The notes under the pieces are model-generated. The model saw only the letters and a program-made list of their open reading frames with translations. It was not told where the DNA came from and did no database searches. The translations under genes were made by a program, and so were the position numbers. From Chloroflexota bacterium (GTDB lineage: Bacteria > Chloroflexota > UBA11872 > VXNJ01), in NCBI GenBank assembly GCA_965263025.1, contig OZ253578.1:2943300-3007299 (forward strand): a stretch of DNA of 64,000 bases. Reading direction: 5' to 3'. This document shows, in pieces, positions 62,738-64,000 of the stretch. Numbering within the stretch: the stretch's first letter is position 1; each line of letters starts with the position of its first letter.

Positions 62738-63571
62738 TCAGTCTTCCGCGCGCGCCCTTAGTCCGGCGGCGTAGGCGCGGCGGCGGGTGACGCCGAGCTT
62801 CTTCGCAACGCTTTCCGACGTAGCCCTGATCGACGCGCCCGATGCCTGTTCCAAATTCATCTCGCCGGCTAGCTGTTCGTCGGTTATTTCGTCCGGCGCG
62901 AGATGCCGGCGTCCTACCACAAGGACGTATTCACCGCGCTGTTTCGAGACGACGTCGAGCGCGGGAGCCGCCGACAGCGTTGATTCGACGATCTGCTCGT
63001 GCAGCTTGGTGAGCTCGCGGCATACGACGACGGGGGCGTCGTCTCCGAAATGGAGGCTGCACTCCTGCAGGGTCCGCATTACCGTGCGCGCGGAGCAAAA
63101 CACAACGGCGGGCAAGTCGGTCCTGCTTGCGTTTTCCAGCGCTTTCAACCGGCGCTGCCGGCGGCCCGGCATAAATCCGAGAAAAACCGCTCCGCCCGCC
63201 TCAAGACCCGATACGGAGAGCGCGGCGGTAAGAGCCGATGGGCCGGGTATGGGCGAAACGTCATGCCCGCCGCGTCTGGCCGCCGCGACCAGTTTCGCGC
63301 CGGGATCCGAAACTCCGGGGGTTCCGGCGTCGGTGACGTAGGCGATGTCGCCGCGTTCGAGAAGGCCGATGACTTGTCTCAGCTTGCCGGGCGGGCTGTG
63401 GGCGTGAAACGACTCCAGTCTCGCGCCGCTGTCGACGGCGGCGAGCAGCTTTCTGGCGCGGCGCGTGTCCTCCGCGACTACCGTTGTGACGGCGCACAGC
63501 ACTTCCCGCGCCCGGTCGGTGATATCCGCCAGGTTGCCGATGGGCGTGGCGACAACGTAGAGAGTTCCCAC
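62738..63571 (-). CDS. rsmI: 16S rRNA (cytidine1402-2'-O)-methyltransferase
   Basis: 277 aa with the opening GTLYVVATPIGNLADIT and the tetrapyrrole-methylase-like fold typical of RsmI. Confidence 0.88.
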   Translation of the reverse strand: MGTLYVVATPIGNLADITDRAREVLCAVTTVVAEDTRRARKLLAAVDSGARLESFHAHSPPGKLRQVIGLLERGDIAYVTDAGTPGVSDPGAKLVAAARRGGHDVSPIPGPSALTAALSVSGLEAGGAVFLGFMPGRRQRRLKALENASRTDLPAVVFCSARTVMRTLQECSLHFGDDAPVVVCRELTKLHEQIVESTLSAAPALDVVSKQRGEYVLVVGRRHLAPDEITDEQLAGEMNLEQASGASIRATSESVAKKLGVTRRRAYAAGLRARAED

Positions 63572-63587
63572 GGGCTATGGCGCCGGG

Positions 63588-64000
63588 TTATTCGCCGCTG
63601 TAAACGCCATTCACGACGATCTCTCGGGGCCAGCTTCCGGACAAAACCGAGATTGCGTTGTCGACGGCAGATTCCGCCATCTGAGCGGTGCTTTCGATGG
63701 TGGCTCCGGCGATGTGCGGGGTGACGATCACGTTGTCGAATTCGGCAAACGGCGCGTCCGCGCGTGGCTCGTCGACGAACACGTCCAGCCCGGCGCCGGC
63801 GATCCGACCTTTGCGCAGGGCATCGACAAGCGCCTGCTCGTCTATCAGCGGACCGCGGGCGGTGTTTATCAGGAACGCCGTGGACCGCATCGCCCCAAGC
63901 TCGCGCCCGCCGATGAATCCGGAAGTTTCGGCTGAGGATGGCATGTGCAACGTGATGAAGTCGGACTCCGAAAGCAGAGTGTCCAGCGATACCTTCTCCA
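63588..64000 (-). CDS. D-3-phosphoglycerate / 2-hydroxyacid dehydrogenase-family protein (3' part; gene continues beyond the window)
   Basis: The frame is open to the window edge (…EKVSLDTLLSESDFITLHMP…). The C-terminal blocks are LINTARGPLIDEQAL, GAGLDV and TPHIAG. Confidence 0.7.
   Translation of the reverse strand, partial: EKVSLDTLLSESDFITLHMPSSAETSGFIGGRELGAMRSTAFLINTARGPLIDEQALVDALRKGRIAGAGLDVFVDEPRADAPFAEFDNVIVTPHIAGATIESTAQMAESAVDNAISVLSGSWPREIVVNGVYSGE

Overview
This is a gene-dense, high-G+C bacterial chromosomal segment of about 64 kb. All calls come from reading the ORF track and the DNA by eye, with no database search.

Host: I would guess a Chloroflexota-like monoderm, but this is inference only. 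The clues are tmk-darA and rsmI/metG-tatD synteny as in Firmicutes, murE next to a FemAB gene, many sugar-acid, sulfatase and D-aminoacylase genes, and VIPAKAGIQ / VIPSEARNL-type junk repeats.

Most of the window is housekeeping and metabolism:
- pckA, glnK-amt, lysC, pdxST, tmk, rfbB, pheA, thrC and a solitary groEL with a CIRCE operator.
- murE-femX, ubiE plus a polyprenyl synthase, tatD, metG, pepF and rsmI.
- A PAS histidine kinase with a response regulator, a K+ channel and an SLC13 transporter.

Observations worth a second look:
1. A well-formed tRNA-Sec (selC) lies at 52421-52518(-). A thioredoxin-like [2Fe-2S] ferredoxin gene (4471-4962) carries a single in-frame TGA inside its Cys cluster, followed by a SECIS-like hairpin. 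It is a candidate new selenoprotein.
2. A roughly 2.7-kb lower-GC islet (32127-34860) is bracketed by a 153-bp direct repeat of the 3' end of a HAD hydrolase gene.
   - It carries an MNT nucleotidyltransferase with a truncated HEPN partner, an unknown 299-aa protein, an hsdS remnant and a phd/vapC pair.
   - It has no integrase.
3. A CcdA/DsbD-family membrane protein has its first, Cys-bearing helix at the C-terminus, an apparent circular permutation.
4. A JAMM protease and LarE-like PP-loop gene pair sits directly behind the CIRCE element and has no visible ubiquitin-like carrier gene.
5. There are two DarA-type c-di-AMP receptor paralogues. The second is internally shortened and sits next to a 5'-nucleotidase with degenerate catalytic motifs.

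Several families of short dispersed palindromic repeats fill the larger intergenic gaps. No rRNA, CRISPR array, transposase or integrase was seen. Many long ORFs in the track are antisense artefacts of high GC.
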